A DNA stretch of 63,925 nucleotides, filler included, from Reclinomonas americana ATCC 50394 (lineage: Eukaryota), in NCBI GenBank assembly GCA_048213135.1. It is 6 parts of 4 records of this genome, joined end to end, with 100 filler letters (N's around TTAATTAATTAA, not from the genome) between each part and the next. Parts side by side here need not be neighbours in the genome. Positions count along the whole stretch, not along the records: positions 1 to 26,862 come from PS015018.1; positions 26,963 to 36,643 come from PS015019.1; 4 more parts are not named here. One strand, written 5' to 3'. Each line of letters starts with the position of its first letter. Position 1 is the stretch's first letter. A program made the translations under genes and the position numbers. Shown one piece after another: positions 23,824 to 36,062 of this stretch. The notes beneath the pieces are model-generated. The model searched no databases, had not been told where the DNA came from, and was given only the letters and a program-made list of their open reading frames with translations.

Positions 23824-26144
23824 TTACCCGGAGGCGATGGCGTAGGACGGAGCTGTGCGAGGTGTGTGAGCAGAGTCCAACACAACGAGATCGGCACAAG
23901 AGAGGCGCAACTCCACAGAATGCCGCAGGTGTTGTACGCGCGGCCCTTGCGGTCGGCGCCACCGAGGAAGGTGATGTAGCCCTAGATGGTACAGCAAAAT
24001 GGCAACGTGAGATACCGGCACTCTGGCCAAACGAAGTAGGGAAAATCACACGCACATCATCACCCCAGTCCTCGCCCCACGAGTTCTTCACGTAGTACAC
24101 CAGATCCTGGTTGGTCTTGCCAGAGAACGTGTAGCCGACGGCCAGCACACCTGCACAGCAGAGGGTCAGTGGTGGCAAGAGTGGAGGAGGAGGTAGAATA
24201 TAGTGTCAAACGCACCGTGGTCGAGGTCGTCGGGCTTGATGTCCATGCACTCGGGCGAGTCGAAGACTCCATTCTCGTACGACTGGAAGTCATCGCCAGC
24301 AGCGTAGATGGCCACCGAGACTGCAGCGCAGGCACAGTGAGCACGTGGCAACACATGATGAGGACAGATGAGTGCAAACTCACCAGGGTTCTGTTAAAGA
24401 TACGCAAACAAGACAAGCACGCCGTCAGTTCTTCCGTGTCATTACAAATATGATGCACTGCAATTACACACCGTGTAAATGGCGTCCACCAACTCAGTGT
24501 CGGTGGCGGCAGTGTCGCCGTGGTTCACATCAATGTAGCCAGCTGAGCGAATGCAACCGAATGTGAACTTCATGCGACACCACGAACAGCAAAGAGTGTG
24601 TACTCGTACTCACAAACTTTGGCGGCAACCTTCGCGGCATCAAACTTGCACTTGCCGTCCACACTGTACATCATCAGTGAGGGCATGCCCACTGGCCGAC
24701 GACTGTTGGGGCCATCACAAAAAACGCAACGCGTAGTACTTGTAGTCCTTCTCCAACATGAGGCCACCGGTCTGGTTGACGTACATGAAGGCCGAGTCCT
24801 GCGCACAGCCATGATTGAGTGCTGCCAGTCCCAGATCATCATCACTGTTGCAACTCACCATCTCACCGCCGTTGCAGCCCTCGTCGCCAGAGCGCTTGTC
24901 GCAGTCGACAATCTGTGCACGCAGTGAGTAAGAAGGTGGCCACTCTCGCTTTTCACCATCTACACACACCTGCTGCTCGCTGAGGGAGAGCAGAGTGCCG
25001 GTCTTGTTGAAGTGCGCACCCTCAATCGAGCCGACAGCCGAGAACGCCCAGCTGCGCAAAGATCAGTATTGTTTTCCTTCCTCTCATCAGTCTCCCTCTC
25101 CATTCCTCTCCACGCACCAGCTGCCGCACTGTCCCTGATCCTTGACGCCGGTGACGGCACCGTGCTGGCGCCAGTCCCACTTGAGCGGCGCAGCGCCCGA
25201 CACGCTGTGCACATCCTGCGACGGCTCCATGTGGCGCTTGAAGCGGCCGACAAACGCCTGCACGAGCCGAAGACAGCGTCAGATAGAAGAGCAAATCACG
25301 CAGGGCATCAATCTGCAGCACACAAGTCACCTTGAACTCCTCTGCGCATGCACGGACATTGATTGTCGTCGGTGTCAATGCAATGATACGGCGGAGAAAA
25401 TCAGACAACGCACTACACTCACCGTGCGTCAGGTCGGAGAACTTGTTCAGGCTGGCCGCAGAAGTGAGCGAGTGGCACAAGACAGAGACACGCACACAGC
25501 AAAGAACAACAGAGGTCCACTCACGCCAGGCGGTAGCTGTGAGCGCAGTGAGTCAGTGAGCGCGCGCGACATGGTGCACAATCACCAACACAAGCACAAA
25601 CACAAACCTGCGGTTCTCCGAGTTGCGCTGGCGGACTGCACGCACAGAGCGCGCAAGAGTGAGTGAGTCTCTTTGTGCTCTGTGTTGTGTCTGTGTGAGT
25701 GTGTGTGCGAGAAGAACGCAACTGTGATCGACAGTGCCGCGGAACACTCCGAAGCGGAACTGTTCCTCCGCGCTGGTCTCGTACGCGCGAGTGTGCTGCG
25801 TCAATCCCGCACACACACAGAGAGAGAAAGAGAGAAGGAAGAGAGAAAGAGAGGAGAGGAGAAGAAGACACAAACAAAGTCAGCTCATACATATCGATCA
25901 TGACTCCCTTTCTCTACTCTTCTTCGCTTGCTTACTTCCTCCTGTCTCTCTCTCTCTCTCATACACACACCTGTTTCTTCCAGGCGTTCCACAGCAGAGT
26001 GTACTCGTCGTCGGTGAGCGGAGTAATCATGGGTCCGCTGTACACATTGCGACGGCGCTGGTCGGCGGAGAGCGCAGAGGTGGCCAGCGTGGCCAGGCAC
26101 AGAGTGGCGACAAGAGCCGCAAGGAGCACGAGAATGGCGCGCAT
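23824..26144 (-). CDS. Papain-family (C1A) cathepsin L-like cysteine protease preproenzyme, about 14 exons
   Basis: Signal peptide; ERFNIN-like [39 protein letters not shown] (catalytic Cys); GCNGG; LDHGVLAVGY (His); YYVKNSWG (Asn). Confidence 0.97.
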
Positions 26145-26293
26145 TGAGAGACTGAAGAAAACAATGGAGGACAGCAGACAGCATAAGGACTTGCGGAATG
26201 TTGTGTTTTACTTGCTCCAGCATTGCTGCTAGGGAAGAGGGGAGGTGGTGGTGGTGGTGGTGGGTGCCGACACGCGATTTTCCGTCGCTGGGG

Positions 26294-26816
26294 TTAGCAC
26301 GGCGGCCAACCGAGTTGCGCGCCACCTGCCATCGCTCACAGTCATGAGACTTCCATGCCTGGCGCATGTGTATTTCGCCTGCGATGCGCACTCACCAATC
26401 ACGTGGACGTGCATCTGGTAGACACTCTGGCAGCCCTCGGGTCCGTTGTTGATGACCAGGCGGTATCCAGCATCCAGCTTCTGTTCCTTGGCGACCTTGG
26501 CTGCCACCAGCAACAGGTGGCCCAGCACCTCCTTGTGTTGCTCCTCGGCCACAGCCAACATGGGGATCTTGACCCTGCAGGAGAAGCATAAGCCACAGGA
26601 AGAGACTGGAGAGCACAGTCCGTGTGTCGCAACTTGGGAATCACGAGGAAGTGTGTCGGCGCCACGGGGTTAATGTCGGCAATGGCAACGCACTGCGCGA
26701 GATACGGTGATGAGAAGGGAACACAAGAGAACGAGGGTTCGCCGTCTGTGTACAGGAGAAACGCAACGTGGTCATCCTCATGCAGGAACTTGGCCGGAAT
26801 CTCTTTCCGCGCAATC
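26294..26816 (-). CDS. HIT-family nucleotide hydrolase (HINT-like), 5' end truncated
   Basis: IARKEIPAKFLHEDDH|CVAIADINPVAPTHFLVIPK|...GYRLVINNGPEGCQSVYQMHVHVIG|GAQLGWPPC*. Confidence 0.92.
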
Positions 26817-26862
26817 TGCAGTCACAGAGAGTGAGCTGAGAAGAGATCACTGCCTTTCACCT

Positions 26863-26962
26863 NNNNNNNNNNNNNNNNNNNNNNNNNNNNNNNNNNNNNN
26901 NNNNNNTTAATTAATTAANNNNNNNNNNNNNNNNNNNNNNNNNNNNNNNNNNNNNNNNNNNN
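26863..26962. other. Artificial contig linker (N44-TTAATTAATTAA-N44); also at 36644-36743, 47153-47252, 58495-58594, 62384-62483
   Basis: Identical 12-mer giving stops in all six frames, embedded in Ns, five times. Confidence 0.97.
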
Positions 26963-27503
26963 GCCGTAGCCTCCGGTGGTCCCACCATTCTCAGCTCGAC
27001 GCTGCAGGTGAGCCGCACCGTTTCTCTCTCTCGCTCTCTCTCTCTCTCGCTCTGTATCTCTTGCCCACTTTCTCACGTGGCCATATCTCCACGCAGGTAC
27101 TCCTCGGCATCCTCTCCCTCAAGATGGACCCGATGAGCGCCATTGTGCGACCGCGCTTCCATCACCAACTGATTCCGCATCTCGTGGTGGTGGAGAAGCT
27201 GTTCCCCGAAGAGTATGTAGAGGACTTGCAGCGACGAGGCCATGTGGTGTGTGCGGTTAGGTATCGCAGCCTTGTTATTGGTTATGCTCACGCGCAAAAC
27301 GCAGGTCGAGGTGATGACCAAGCCGCTGGCCGACGGTCACTCCATTGGCAACGTGCAGGCCATTGTCAACACGAAGAATCGGCTGTCGGCGTTTAGTGAT
27401 ATTCGCAAGCTGTTGCGTCATGTCATGCTCCTCCTCGCAGGTGGTCGACACGTGTTTCACCGTTGTTCGTGTTGTGCGCAGAGGTGAAGCAGCTGGCTAC
27501 TGA
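26963..27503 (+). CDS. GGT: Gamma-glutamyltransferase, C-terminal part
   Basis: ASGGPTILSSTLQ|VLL...AIVRPRFHHQLIP...LQRRGH...VQAI...AFSDIRKL|GEAAGY*. Confidence 0.92.
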
Positions 27504-27567
27504 AAACTACACGGCAGAAATATACACACGCGGAGGAAAAGAACCCTTACGTTGGCGTGCGATCACT

Positions 27568-30128
27568 TCATGGCTTCATGCTCAGCGGTGGTCCCGTGGC
27601 CTCCACCACCCGATCAATGGTCTCGGTGGAGGCGTTTTCCAGTGGCAGCTCATACGCAGCGTACATGAGCTCAATCGGGTGATATGCTCGACCCGCCTGT
27701 TCCGCAGCTTGCTCCTCGGCCAAGCTGCGGCACGAATCACACATACACGCACAGTCAGCGACGACACCACACCTTCGCACAAATCACTCTCTTCGCACCG
27801 CATTCCTTGCAATATGTGCGAGCCAGCAAGTGGGCACTCGGAGGCGACATAATAGTGTCGGTTGGCTGCGCTCTAGCAAGTCAGCGTTTGCGGGCAAACA
27901 CAATCCATTTGCGAAGGAAACGCAACTGAGCACATTCTTCACTGCCTGCTGGATCACCGGCTTGCCGACCTTTAGCGCAGTGGGGAAATTGTCCTGCACA
28001 CAGCACGCCAACGAATGAGAAGCGTGGCAGTGGAAAAGGGGCAGCCGTCACTCTTCGACTCACCGCCTTTACACCCCACGAACCGCCGTGCCCCGAGCAT
28101 CGCTCAATCGAGCGCACCTGCGTGCGTGGAATCCGTCGCAGCATCTCCAGCGCCTTGTTGCCGATGTTTTGTGCTCGTGCGTGGCAGGCCACGTGCAGCG
28201 TCACCGGCCCTGCAAGCGGCACAAGTCCACTCGCCAGTCCCTCGCCCTTGGCAATCTCAACCATGTACTCGCAAATGTCGCGCGTGTTGGCGCTGACCTT
28301 GGCAATGTGCTGTGATGCAGCGAATTAGCATCCCCCCCAACGCTGTGGACACAAACACCGCACTGTCGACCAACCTCATTCTCAGGCAGCAGCAACTTCC
28401 ACTCCTGCTTCAACATGAGCGCGCACGACGGCACCAATGTCACAATATCGTAGCCGTCATCCACATAGCTGTACACTGAGTGTCAAGCTACCGCCGCTCA
28501 CCTGTCGGTGCATCGAATCACCCACTCACCGTGCCAATTGCGCCGCCGTTTTCTCTGCCTTGGCGGCCACCTCCGCCACCAGCCCCTGCTCGAGCAACGG
28601 CATACCGCAGCATTGAGGATAGCACACCTCGGCACGCACACCGTTCTTGGCCAGCACACCCAGTGCCGCCAGCCCGATGCCCGGCTCGTGCCAGTTGACC
28701 AAGCAGGTGGCGTAGATCACGGCCTTGCGACCGCGCACAAAGGCAGGAGCCTCGGTGTTCAGCGGCACCCGCGCAGGTGTCTCCTTGGCCAGGCTCGTCA
28801 GCGTGGCATCGGAGGGGGCGAAGGGCGGAAGCTCGGCCGACGGGTGAATGCCTGCAGTGAAATCATACGTGAGCACGTCTGGCATGCGAGCTTGCGCTCT
28901 TGTGCTTTCACGCACCTGCCACTCGGTGCAGCACGGAGCGCGCTGCCGTGTTGTCCGCGCTCGTCATCCAGTTGGCCACTCGCGACATTCGACCCGCCAG
29001 CTTTGCGTTGCGGTCCGTTTGCACCAGCTGCCGATCCACGGCGCCTGCACGACCGACCTGAGTGCACTCGAGCATGCAAGTGAAGCGCTCCTCTCCACGA
29101 ACCTGTCGACTCCAGCTTGAGTTTCCTCGACACATCCTTCTCCACAGTCACCGCCGTCTCAATGTTGGCATTGGAGACACCCTCCCATGCTCGTGGGCCA
29201 TCGCCGGTGCCGCTCTTGTCGACTTGCGACACGTTGTCCTTCGAGTTCTCCAGCGCACGGTAGCGCAGCATCAGGTGCGGGAAGTCGAGATTGAACGGAT
29301 GCGGTGGCACGTACGGGCACTTGGTGAGGAAGCACATGTCGCACAGCGTACAGGCGTCGACCACCGGCTGCACATCGAAAACAACGCATTGAGGCAAGCA
29401 TCGGCGCTCACCAAAGAAGGGAAAAGCCACTGAGCACCTTGAACTCGGAGCTGGGCACAGAGCGCAGCTCTCCACTGCTGCTCTTGTTGTCGATCAGGTC
29501 GAATAGCTTCGGGAACGAGTCGCACAGATTGAAGCATCGTCGGCAGCCGTGGCACACGTCAAACACGCGGCGCATTTCCTTGGTCGAGCCCGCCCTCACA
29601 GTCAGCAGAGGAGCACAATCATGCCGCCAAGGTCACACAGCGTCACTCACCTCCTCCAGTCGATCCTCTCGATAAAAGGCCGGATCGCGCCAGGCCAGCT
29701 CATGTCGGAAAGGCTTTTCCGATGATCCCGCTGCTGCTGCTGCTGCTGGTGATGACAACTCGGGATCCTCATAGGCCGAGCGAGCAGGTGGCTATGGAGA
29801 GTGAGAGTCAGAGTAAGGAAGTAGAGGGAGAGAGAAAGGGCGCGAACTCACTGTGGCGCCGAGTAGTCCCGCCGGAGTTGGATCGCCGGGCATGCGATGA
29901 GTGCCTGACATGCAACTACCTCTGCTCGTTGTGCATCCGCCAGTGGACCCGCACTGGCCTCCGCATGAGGTGCAGCCTGTGAGAGTGAGAGATGATTAGA
30001 GAAAAAAGAAAGAGGGAGGGCTTTTCTCTGCAATCACCTTTGCTGCATGCGGTCGCAGAGCTGCTCCACAAGCGCGGCCCACCGGAGCGCAGAGACAGCG
30101 CCACAAGGCGAGCGCACGAGCGCAACAT
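27568..30128 (-). CDS. Bacterial-type Fe-S oxidoreductase (GlpC/CCG family; rubrerythrin-associated RFO-like) with mitochondrial-type presequence
   Basis: FRHELAWRDPAFY, EMRRVFDVCHGCRRCFNLCDSFP, CTLCDMCFLTKCPYVPPH.FNLDFPHLMLR, YATCLVN, CCGMP, VPSCALMLK, HVACHARAQ, ERCSGHGGSWGVK, SECPLAG, HPIEL; about 10 spliceosomal introns. Confidence 0.92.
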
Positions 30129-30567
30129 TGACAACAACGGACGTCGCAGGACACAACCGTGTTAATCTGCCTGTGCTCTCCTTTTCCTGCAACACTTGCA
30201 GCTGCTAGCGGAGACTAACACCGGAGATCATGATGGTGGCGCCACCGCGCACTCGTACTGCGCTCTGGGCGACTTCGACGTCGATAAAACAACAACCGGC
30301 GAATTTCTCCGTGCAGTTGCATGCGCAACGTGCAGTTCGCCGTGGATCATCACAACGCACACTCACCCGCACATTTTTTTCGCACTCGCTTCCTCCGCCA
30401 ACTCTCTTGCGGGCAACCAGAATACGAAACAAGCGTCCCCTCACGGCTCCGACACACTGATTGCCTTCCTTTTACGGCAGTAACCGCATTTCTTCCGTGT
30501 GAAGAGGAGAGGCATTCACTCCGTGCGCTCTCTTCGCGCGTGAGTACTCGACTGTGTGTGTGCGTCA

Positions 30568-33500
30568 ATGCGGCGCGGGAGACCACCACACCAGTGGTGG
30601 CTCTGTATGCTGGCGCTTCTCCTGGCGCTCTCCATATCATGCGTAGTCGCTGCGTACTCACACACACACTCACTCCCTCTCTCCCACAAACACACACACA
30701 CACACACACAGTCACACTCACTCACTCGCTCTCCCCCTCTCTCCTCCCCACAGGCTGCGGATGTTGACGTACGCAGCGCGCGCTTTCGTGATGATCACGC
30801 ACACGTGATCACCAGCTGTGCGGGCGAGGAGCTCACGTGGCGGCAGCGCACCACACACGACAATCAGTGGAGAACATTGCCGTCGTCTGTGTCGACGGGA
30901 TCGTGTCATGATGATGATGATGATGATGATGATAAGCGTGTCATGGAGTGGGATGTGACACTGGAGAAACAGGCTGGTGCCGCCGTATATGTCGGCGCGA
31001 ATGTGGGACCTGTGGCGCTCCTGTTGAGCGCACAGCAGACCGACGTGAGCGAGAAAGGTGGGTTCACTGTTTGGCATCAGGGCTCCTTCGGCATCTCATG
31101 TGTGTGTGCAGCCGCGCCGCCGTCGCTGGTCACCGACGTGGCTCGCTTGAGTGATGACTTGGTGGCGGCTGTGGACTCGGCGCGCGGCTGTGTCGTCTCG
31201 GTGTCGGCAACAGGCGCAGTCGACGAGTTGCTGTGCGGATTGCGCGCGCCACAGGCTCTCCTAACCCTTGTGCGATCGCAGCCGGAAGCCGACACGACGC
31301 TGCTGATTAGCGAAGCCGGTGCACATCGTCTCCTGTCCACGCAAGTGGCCACGTTGCGCGATTCGCTGCAGCTGGTGTTGGTGCTGGCTGGCACGGGAGT
31401 TCGCGGTCACGTGGACGGTCCGGCGACTCGAGCTGAGTTTGAGTGGCCGACACGCATGGCCACCGCCTCTACCTCCTCCTCCTTGGTGTACGTGTACGAC
31501 GGCGCGTTCATTCGAGTTATCGACGTGGACATGCGTACTGTTCGGACGCTGTCTTTTGTGTCGCCACCTCGCGACTCGTACCCCGTCGCGCACGGTGTCG
31601 ACCTCTTGTCTATTGTGCAACCGGTGAGGCACGCTTCGCGAGGCTCCGTAGTTGAGGTGCTGATACTGACAATGTGAGAGTGCACAGCGTGTGGAGTCGG
31701 GCAGTGTTTCGTATCGGCGAGTGGATGTGTTGAGGGAGACAGTGGAGTTCCACTCGGAGCAGCAGCTGCCTCCGGACACTCAAGCAGTGTGCGTGCAACA
31801 TGATGGGACTGTGTGGGCCACGACGGCATCGGTATTTGCTGCTCTCATGAGAATGCCACTGCCCTGAGCAGTTGTTGTCTCACACGTGCGTGCGACAGGG
31901 TGCAATGTACCGAGTGCTGGGCGAAACGGGAATTCGTGGTGGCCCACTATGGCCGCACTCAGCCGGGGTGTCATTACACGGACCCTGTGCAGAGTCTTGG
32001 AGCGGTGACGTTGTCGGCGTCAGTGCTGTCGGCTCCCGCCTTCGTGTTCTGCGGTTGGTGCCGCCAGTTGTCGAGCAGTATGCACGAGCATGGAAGCCGG
32101 CACACATGTCGTCCCACCTGATTGAGGAGAATTCTGTGTTCCAGTTGCGGTAGCAGTTGTTGCGTGCGCTCCCTGTTTTTTTGATACGTGCGACTCACGT
32201 ACTGTCGCAGCGCGCGAGACTATGCAAACGCATGGTCGCCATCGTCCACCGACAACATGAACGACGTGCGAATCGCGGTGATTCTGGCGATTGGTTTTCT
32301 GCTAATCATCCACGTTGCGCTTTCGATCAGCGCCGCTTTGTTGCGTCGCCGACGTTTACGTTATGAGTTGCGTCACTTAATCTCTCTCCTTTCTTTTTTC
32401 TCATTCCGCTGACGCACAACGGCCCCCACAGACGACGGCACGCAATCCAAAAATGTGATCGGCTGTACCGCTACGGCACCGATGTAGACGAGCGAATCAT
32501 GATACCCACCTTGCTCTTCGACGAGAATGGACGGGGTGAGTAGTCGGCCGTGCATTGCGCCACACAGCACCCTGCACTGATGATGGTTTCCACTTCTGTC
32601 ACAGCCGTTCCCGGAACGGACAGTCGCCGCATGGATGCCGTGCCGTCAGTCATTCCCTCCATGTGGACCGTTGTACGTGTCAACTTTGTGCGCGCCGGGC
32701 GAGGTGCGTGTGAGAATACAAGTTACTTTGAAGGCGGTTTAGACCCCTCCCTCAAGTCAGGCACTTGCAGATTTCTGTCGGCGACTGTGGTTCGATCATC
32801 TGTGGCTGCGGATGTTTGCTGGACGTACCAAGGACGTGCTGGCTCGCAAGTCGCATTTTCGTTTGACTGCGGTGCAAACAGTCGCACTTGTATTTGTGTT
32901 GCGTTGAGAGTGAGCGTTGTCACCAGCCGCACGCTCTCACTCGCCATTGACGAGTGCTCTTCGCTATCGCAGCTTTGTATTTGTTAGCATTGCAGTCAAT
33001 GGCTCGCTGTACGTGTTTGAAGTCTCGAATGACGCCTCCAAGATCGTTGCGTTTCCCTCACGCAGCAGATGCATGCGATACTTTCTTAGCTGAGACACCT
33101 CCGCACATCGCAGGCCACCGGATTTCTGGCAGCCTTTGTGGCCTGGATTCCACAGGTGCGTGATTTTGTGACCGCGGCGCATGTGTGCACAGCACTTTGC
33201 TGACGTGTGTGCACCAGCTTGTTTTCCTGTTCCTCTTTCTGCGGACCCGCCGACCGCCAACCATGACGGGTTCGAACTCGTCGCCATCCTCCTCCGTTGA
33301 CGCACTGTTGTGAATTAACTTGCTTTCCCTCCTTGCCCATCCACAGCCGCCCACACCAGCACGTGGCAGCTGACGGCGCGCAATCTCTACTTGGAAGACT
33401 CCGGTGTGTGTGCGCACATTATCAACCCCCTGCGTATTCTGTTCCCCTCATGCGTTGTTGCTGGTCGACAGGCGCACGTCGTGATGCGTTGGAGTCCCCC

Positions 33501-36031
33501 ATTGAGGGCCCCAGCGGCGATGATGGGCCGGGCGCGCCACCGACGGCGAATGCATCTTCATCATCTGCTGCTGCTGTAGGGACAGTTGTGGGAGCACCCG
33601 TACCACACCCGCAACCACAGTCATTGCAACCGACTCCCCGCGAACACGCTGCCACATATTCTGCCGGCACCTTCACCTACTCGTCGGATGTTGACATTAC
33701 ACCACGCTCGTTTGATTCACGCAGTCTCGCTGCACTTCCTGGCCGAATTCGCAAGTCGCTTCCACCACGGTGCGCGTTGCATTTGCATAGAGTCGTCTTT
33801 CATTTTTTCTCACTCGTACATGTGCAATACACAGTCCGTTCCTCGTACCACTGCCCGAGTCGCCACTTCCACCGCAAATGTCGTTGCTGCTGCAGCGCAC
33901 TGCGAGTGGTGTGTCGCAGGAAATGGAGCGCTTCAGCAGCGTCTCCAGCAATGAGCCGGAGGTGGCAGCCGAGAAGCGCGACCAGTTTCGTGATTCACCT
34001 CCCGCCGGTGAGCTCGCCCTGCCCGCTCTGTTCGCTGGCGCCACCGACAGTGTTGGTGCGATGGAGGTGCCAACCCCGTGGGCGCTCGATCAGCAACCGG
34101 AGCTGTATGTTCCCGACGACGACCCAGCATCTTTCTATGACGACGAGGACAATGACTATGATGCTGTTGCTGTCGCGGCGGCAGGACGACCTGCGGCCCC
34201 GTTCCCTCCACACACACCCACATTTCCTCCTCGTCCACAACCTCCGCAACCGCCGCCGGCGCAAGCCACACCAAATGTGAGCGATGGCGCGACTGTTGCC
34301 GGTGGACGACAGGCACCACGCCCGAGATCGGCTGAGCAGCACCAGGCTGACAATGTGGACGGCAGCGACAGCGACAGTGATGTGCTAGTGGTAACGTCAA
34401 GTGTGTGTGTGTGTTTCACATGCAGAAAAATGTTGCTCATCGCGTGCGACAGGAGGGCCAGTTGCCTGAGCGCACCCTGTCTGTGGTGTCGCTCACTGAC
34501 GCGACAGCGTCGGTGGCCGCCGCCCCGTCGCGAGCCAGTGTTCCCACGCTCGAGGCGACTCCATACCCGAGAGTGGATGACTTGGCATCGGATGCCGAGG
34601 GCGACGGTTTGTTCGGCGTTCGCTATCAAACTCGAGTCGGCGACACCATCATCGAGTACGAGTATGAGTACGAGTACACGTACGTGGAGATCGACGACGA
34701 TGACGAAGCGAGTGTGGAGGAGGCGCTGGACAGCGAGTGGGGGCAGTGGCCCACAAATGGTGGCGATGGCAGTGGCGCCGCGAAAGCGCACGAGGTGAGA
34801 GCTCCGCGCGATCGGTCTATGTGCGTGCGTGTGTGTGTGTGTATATATGGACTAATACTCTACTGCGCAGGTGCCGGTTGTGCTTGGCGGTGGTGGCGGT
34901 GGTAGCAGCAGCGGCGCGGTGCAGAACGCCAAGAAGCCTCCTGTGAAATTGCCTCCCTGGCCGCCGCGCAACAGCAACACTGCGTCCGAGTCGGATGAAA
35001 CGGAGGAGGACGAGAGCAATGCAGATGTTGACCAGGTCGTTGTGCATGTGGATGCGAAGAGCAGGGCGACGGGGATGGCGGAGGTTCGACAAGAAGAAGC
35101 AGAAGAGGAGGAGGAGGAGGACGAGGAGGAGGAAGCGGAGGAAGAGGTGGAGGAAAGTGCGGAAGACAATGAGACTGGAGAACCCGATGACGGCGAGTGG
35201 GACTGGGAGTGGGAGTATGTGGAGGAGGACGCTGAGGAGGAGGTCGAGGATGACGACGATGCCGGCGGTGGCAAAACTCAACCTGCCCCGGTTGTGCCAC
35301 CGCTGCCGGCGACTAAGATCACTCCTGGTGGCTCCGTTGCATCACCTCGCTTCGTGCCTTCGGAAACGTGGCCACAGTCATCCCCTCGGACTCCGCGACT
35401 CGACATGTATGTCATTGTCACATCTTCGAGTGTCTGCACGCACGCACGCACGTGCTCACTTTGCACGCACCGCAGAAGCCTCGACAATCCCGGTCGACCG
35501 CTAGTTCGACCGACACTCGCTCAACCTTTCTCTCCAACATCTCCTCCCCCACCTCCACCTCCACCGCCGCCTCCACCGGCGCGGGTCATGGCGGCGCTGA
35601 CCATGGCGTCGATGGCGGCGAGTGACATGGGACCTTTGTCGAGTCCTGGGCGACCAATGGTGCGCACGCCCTCACCCGTGGTGCACGTAGGTGGCCGTTT
35701 CTACGCCAACGATGTATCCTGGGCGCAGGCGCCACCGAGTCCTCGACTGAGACGGCGACCGTTGAGCGATCCGCTGGACGCAGAGCCAGTGGACACGACT
35801 GTGAGTGCGGCTGGCAATGGTCGCGACGACAACTTGATTACCGCGACGCCGCGACTCTCGTCGTCGTCCACCGCCACGACCACAACCACTTCGACCACCA
35901 CAGTTGGCATCGGCGAGCGGCCGCCATTGTACACTCCGCGAGTGTCGCCTCGTCATGGCGACATGGCAGAGCAGTCGCACCAGGGCCACCATTCCCCTCA
36001 TCTTCACCACCACCACCACCACCATCAACAG

Positions 36032-36062
<31 letters not shown>

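Noticed and set aside
26907-26918. TTAATTAATTAA repeated five times, as a possible piggyBac TTAA site or biological motif
   Set aside because: Always centred in N44/N44 padding and gives stops in all six frames; it is an assembly spacer. Adjacency across these linkers should not be trusted without other evidence.
27568-30128. Bacterial contamination as the source of the Fe-S oxidoreductase
   Set aside because: Contains many host-style spliceosomal introns and a presequence, and is contiguous with eukaryotic genes
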